Position numbers and translations under genes: made by a program | In this document: one piece after another, positions 60,742 through 64,000 of the stretch | Position numbering within the stretch: position 1 is the first letter of the stretch | How the letters are laid out: every line of letters starts with the position of its first letter | Source of the DNA: a virus | Lineage: Duplodnaviria; Heunggongvirae; Uroviricota; Caudoviricetes | Virus record (IMG/VR): IMGVR_UViG_3300025765_000001 | DNA: 64,000 nt | Strand: one strand, 5' to 3' | The notes under the pieces: generated by a model | What the model was told of the DNA's origin: nothing | The model's input: the letters and a program-made list of their open reading frames with translations, nothing else | The model's database searches: none

Positions 60742-61068
60742 ATGAACATGGCTCACCGACGTTGCGAAGACGCCCCCTGCTGCGGCTGCTGCCCGGACTA
60801 CACCCAGGCCGAACCCTACGACCCGGAGTTCATGGACCACGACTTCGACGACGTGGACCACGACTTCGATGACGTGGACCACGACTTCGACGATGACGTG
60901 GACCACGACTTCGACGATGACGTGGACCGGTCCTATGATGACGAAGAGCCGGACCAGTTCCGTGACGACGTGGAGGCCGATGCCGACGTGCTGCGGTCTG
61001 CTGGCTTCGGGACCGATGAGGACTACGGTGCCTATGAGGACATGGGCGATTGGGGCTATGGCGACTAG
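60742..61068 (+). CDS. Very acidic protein with CEDAPCCGCC and DHDFDDV repeats
   Basis: Motif-preceded; 21/24-bp tandem repeats at ~60832-60927. Confidence 0.7.
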   Translation: MNMAHRRCEDAPCCGCCPDYTQAEPYDPEFMDHDFDDVDHDFDDVDHDFDDDVDHDFDDDVDRSYDDEEPDQFRDDVEADADVLRSAGFGTDEDYGAYEDMGDWGYGD

Positions 61069-61084
61069 GGCTAGGCCCTAGCTC

Positions 61085-61191
61085 TGTGTGATATGGACCG
61101 GTCCATGCAATGGACCGGTCCATATCATTATCAACAATGTGAAAATTATTTTGAAAAACCTAAAGAGTTAGGTAGTACATGGGGGGTAGGC
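61085..61191. repeat. Right copy of the ~110-bp inverted repeat
   Basis: Matches reverse complement of 26738-26848. Confidence 0.95.
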
Positions 61192-61355
61192 GGCAGCCAT
61201 TACGCTTTTTTCTTTTGATCTCGTGTTTCAAAACTAGAAATACAGGAATTTGCATTTCTCCTATAGAAACTTGGTTCCATCTCATTGGGTGGTATAAAAG
61301 AAAAGAAAAAAGCAGGCGTAGCGGCCTGCTTTTTCCTCCCAGTCCAGGGGTTCCC

Positions 61356-62486
61356 CTAGCTCGCCTTGTCCATCTCCAGGTTTTGCTGAATGGCAACGAT
61401 GTCGAAATTGGCGGCAACGGCGACCCGAAGCACTTCTTGGACGAACTCTTCATAGATTCGCCGTTGTTCTGAGGACCGCCTCTTGGTGAGATCACGGACG
61501 ATGTTGATGTGGCTGGTATTGAGCCGGTGGGACATTTGGGCAATAATCTTGAAGACGCCGCTCTTGGTGGGTTGAACGTCTTGCAGGGCATGGAGGGCCT
61601 TGTCAAAAGCATCTTCACCAGTCACTTTCTCCAGCACCTTTCTGGATTTCGGGTTCTGCAAAATGGGAATGAGTTGCCGGGCCTTGTGGTTGTTGGGAAC
61701 TTTGTTTTCGGCGAAAGCCTGGATGAATCCCCGACGAACTTCCGGGTCGGCGTCTACGACTGCCTTGCTGGTTCCCGTTTTGAGGGCCTCGTAGATCGGA
61801 CTGTACTTCGTCCGAACATCCACCTTCTTGCGGATAGGGGAGCGTTGAATTTCGTCTACCATCTTGTGGTTGTAGATCGCCCGTTCGACTTCCTGTACTG
61901 AGATGCCCATCAAGGCGGCGACATCCTTGTTGTTGAGCTTACGGGCGAGCATGGAGATGTACTTGGCCCGTTCATAGGCATTCCAGCCCTTCTTCCCCTG
62001 GCAGTGGATTTGGCCGATGAAAACCTCGACGGTCAATTCATCGATTTCATTGCCAAGGATGTAGACCGGGACAAGCTGTTTCGACCAGAACTCGCTCGTC
62101 TCCTTGTCCTCTCGCAGATTGCGGTAGCAGCACCAGCGGCGGTTGCCCTCACGAACCACATACTTGCCATCCTTGCGGCGACGAACGAAGAGCGGCTCGA
62201 TCAGGCCCTTGTTCTGGAGGATAGAGTTCCTTAGCATCTTGGTGTCTTCGGCTTCATCGTTGGACCAGTAGTAGGCGTATACACCATCGGGGTCGAGACC
62301 CTTTAATTGACCGATGACCTGGAGATGGTAAGAATGCCTGGGGTTGGTTGGGTCGGGGACCAAATCCTCGAATTTGAGATTGGTGAGCGGCAAGTTGTAT
62401 TCTTGACCCAGGATTGTGACGGCGATTCCACAATCCGTTTCACGCATTGACGCCGTTCCCTTCGCTTTCAGTGTTTTGCTGGACAT
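61356..62486 (-). CDS. ParB/Srx-domain protein with HTH
   Basis: DPTNPR, GLIEPL, VREGNRR, H..GKKGW, VAALMGIS; AAGGAG RBS before 62486. Confidence 0.8.
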   Translation of the reverse strand: MSSKTLKAKGTASMRETDCGIAVTILGQEYNLPLTNLKFEDLVPDPTNPRHSYHLQVIGQLKGLDPDGVYAYYWSNDEAEDTKMLRNSILQNKGLIEPLFVRRRKDGKYVVREGNRRWCCYRNLREDKETSEFWSKQLVPVYILGNEIDELTVEVFIGQIHCQGKKGWNAYERAKYISMLARKLNNKDVAALMGISVQEVERAIYNHKMVDEIQRSPIRKKVDVRTKYSPIYEALKTGTSKAVVDADPEVRRGFIQAFAENKVPNNHKARQLIPILQNPKSRKVLEKVTGEDAFDKALHALQDVQPTKSGVFKIIAQMSHRLNTSHINIVRDLTKRRSSEQRRIYEEFVQEVLRVAVAANFDIVAIQQNLEMDKAS

Positions 62487-63534
62487 CGGATAACTCCTTA
62501 GGCGATTGACCTGATTCTGATAATCCATCCAACGCTGGAGGATTCGACTCAAAGCATTGTAATCTCTCGCCCGCCGGTGTCAATGCGATATTTTTGATTT
62601 CAGGGAAACCCCTGAAAAATATCGCCTCATTAGTGATCTGCACAGTTACTTGCTCCACATCACGGTTTCGCTCCAATTGCGTGAAATACACACGAATGTG
62701 CGGCCAATCTTCGTCTCGGATCGTGATAACCTTGTTACGGTAAAAGCTGACGTAGCGATCCCCTAAAGATGTTACCACGTTCTCTTCTTCGGCCCTTTTG
62801 GTCGCAATCACATGGTATTCAGGGGATAATTCAGCACCGCTAAAAATGCGGTCGAGCCGCTTTGCGGCGAGTGCGGTTGTGCCGGTTCCCATGAAAGGAT
62901 CATACACTAAGTCGCCTTTATCTGAACACATGAGCAGTATTCGCTCAAGCAGCGTGTAAGGTAGCTGGCAGGGGTGACTCAGAAAGCGATCCTTGTTGTG
63001 GTTCAGACGGAAAATGTCATTCCAACAATCGGAAGTAAGGGAACCAAACGGGTGCAAAGTGTCCTTCTTGCCTCCGTGGTCCTTCATGAGACGGTTACAA
63101 GACTTGGCCCGGCAACGTCGGTGCGGCCCTCGAACTTGATAGAACGTGTTGGAAGAGGATTTAGAGAAATACAAAATTCCGTAATGGTTAGGGATTAGGG
63201 ACTTTCCCATTGGCCCTGCTGGGGAGTCCCAAGCGATCCAATGACGGAAGTTAGCTCCGTATTTTTCTAGGAGGGGTGCGATCTTGATTAACCAGTAGGG
63301 TATGTGGTGGATAAATATAGAACCATCGTCAGCAGTAATTCTGACTAGATGTGCTATCCATTTATCGCACCACTCTAGATACTCGGTTTCTACTACATTA
63401 TCCTTAAAGCCAGCACTATACTTCTTCTTGAGGTTAAAAGGAGGGTCGGCGAAAGTTATCTTGGCTATACGATCTGGCACATTTTCTAGATGATCCAGGC
63501 AGTCACCAAGGTATATTTGATTGGTGATTTCCAT
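62440..63534 (-). CDS. Beta-class N4-C/N6-A DNA methyltransferase
   Basis: FADPPFN before DPFMGTGTT; HPCQLP..LLERI. Confidence 0.9.
   Translation of the reverse strand: MEITNQIYLGDCLDHLENVPDRIAKITFADPPFNLKKKYSAGFKDNVVETEYLEWCDKWIAHLVRITADDGSIFIHHIPYWLIKIAPLLEKYGANFRHWIAWDSPAGPMGKSLIPNHYGILYFSKSSSNTFYQVRGPHRRCRAKSCNRLMKDHGGKKDTLHPFGSLTSDCWNDIFRLNHNKDRFLSHPCQLPYTLLERILLMCSDKGDLVYDPFMGTGTTALAAKRLDRIFSGAELSPEYHVIATKRAEEENVVTSLGDRYVSFYRNKVITIRDEDWPHIRVYFTQLERNRDVEQVTVQITNEAIFFRGFPEIKNIALTPAGERLQCFESNPPALDGLSESGQSPKELSDVQQNTESEGNGVNA
62556..62583 (-). promoter_or_regulatory. Promoter TTGACA-N16-TACAAT inside MTase 3' end
   Basis: Read directly, upstream of ParB-like start. Confidence 0.65.
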
Positions 63535-63597
63535 ATTTTCTTCTCTTTTCCATGCCCGACTGTAATAGAAAAGAGTGGAACAGTCAATATCTACAGT

Positions 63598-64000
63598 ATG
63601 ATCCGCACCTTTCTAGAATGGCTCGAAGCTAAGCTAGGTTCAAACGAACACGAAAGCGATGAAGAAAAGCTAACAGCTACAGAGCCGCCAGAAAAAGAAG
63701 TCCCTATCACTCAGCAGACTCCTTTGGTCATGACCAAACGAGGCGGCATGGTAGGTGATGTGATCCCAGACGTGAGCAAAACCGGATTAGGCACCACGGC
63801 GATGGACTATAATACCAGAGTCGCTCGTGGCAAGGGCGTTGAAGAGAAGATTAAACAGGCTTTGAAGGACCAGCACGGTATAGAAATCAGGGATAGTAAG
63901 GTGGGAGAAGAGCGGACTTTGGATAAGAGAATCACCGACGATGTAGATGACGGCATTGATGGGTATTGGAACGGCAGGGATTCTGTGCAGATCAAGTACA
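63598..64000 (+). CDS. Partial ORF, PD-(D/E)XK nuclease-like (not in ORF track)
   Basis: Open from ATG 63598 to window edge: MIRTFLEWLE...DDGIDGYW...VQIKY. Confidence 0.6.
   Translation, partial: MIRTFLEWLEAKLGSNEHESDEEKLTATEPPEKEVPITQQTPLVMTKRGGMVGDVIPDVSKTGLGTTAMDYNTRVARGKGVEEKIKQALKDQHGIEIRDSKVGEERTLDKRITDDVDDGIDGYWNGRDSVQIKY

Larger units (their letters stand above)
42475..61190 (+). promoter_or_regulatory. About 40 dispersed copies of AGTT-N2-GT-N-GTAC-A-N4-AGGGCG upstream of array genes
   Basis: GTAC core at e.g. 43173, 43997, 46572, 47612, 48044, 48413, 50169, 51486, 52387, 53115, 54241, 54809, 54961, 55621, 56358, 56938, 57864, 58174, 58855, 59445, 60188, 60447, 60695, 61175. Confidence 0.85.

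Noticed and set aside
42475-61190. Classical integron attC sites
   Set aside because: Only some copies fit GTTRRRY, there is no consistent RYYYAAC partner or L boxes, and no integrase is in the window

Overview
A 64-kb piece of what is most likely a large bacteriophage genome (inference: dense small hypothetical genes, phage-type RNA-repair and DNA-metabolism genes, T4-like late motifs, no host housekeeping operons; host unknown). Layout: (i) 0-33.3 kb, mostly minus-strand genes: SAM methyltransferase, HD protein, CCA-adding enzyme carrying an antisense HNH insertion, a 140-nt tmRNA-like gene, two RNA-ligase-family genes, ArdC, RuvB-like ATPase, sigma factor, ParB-like protein and a UvrD helicase split in two; (ii) 34.6-41.8 kb, plus-strand genes, several decayed; (iii) 41.9-42.9 kb, a palindrome-rich repeat region; (iv) 42.9-61.1 kb, about 35 small co-oriented genes, most preceded by a fixed-spacing motif AGTT-N2-GT-N-GTAC-A-N4-AGGGCG plus a CACGAGG box; (v) ParB-like gene, DNA methyltransferase and a partial PD-(D/E)XK nuclease. 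Two nested inverted-repeat pairs (26738-26848/61085-61191 and 30846-30992/58765-58911) bracket the centre. Best candidates for undescribed biology: the miniature tmRNA with its own tag ORF, the motif-delimited gene array, the frame-preserving antisense HNH insertion, and the split helicase. All family calls come from motif recognition by eye; no searches were run.
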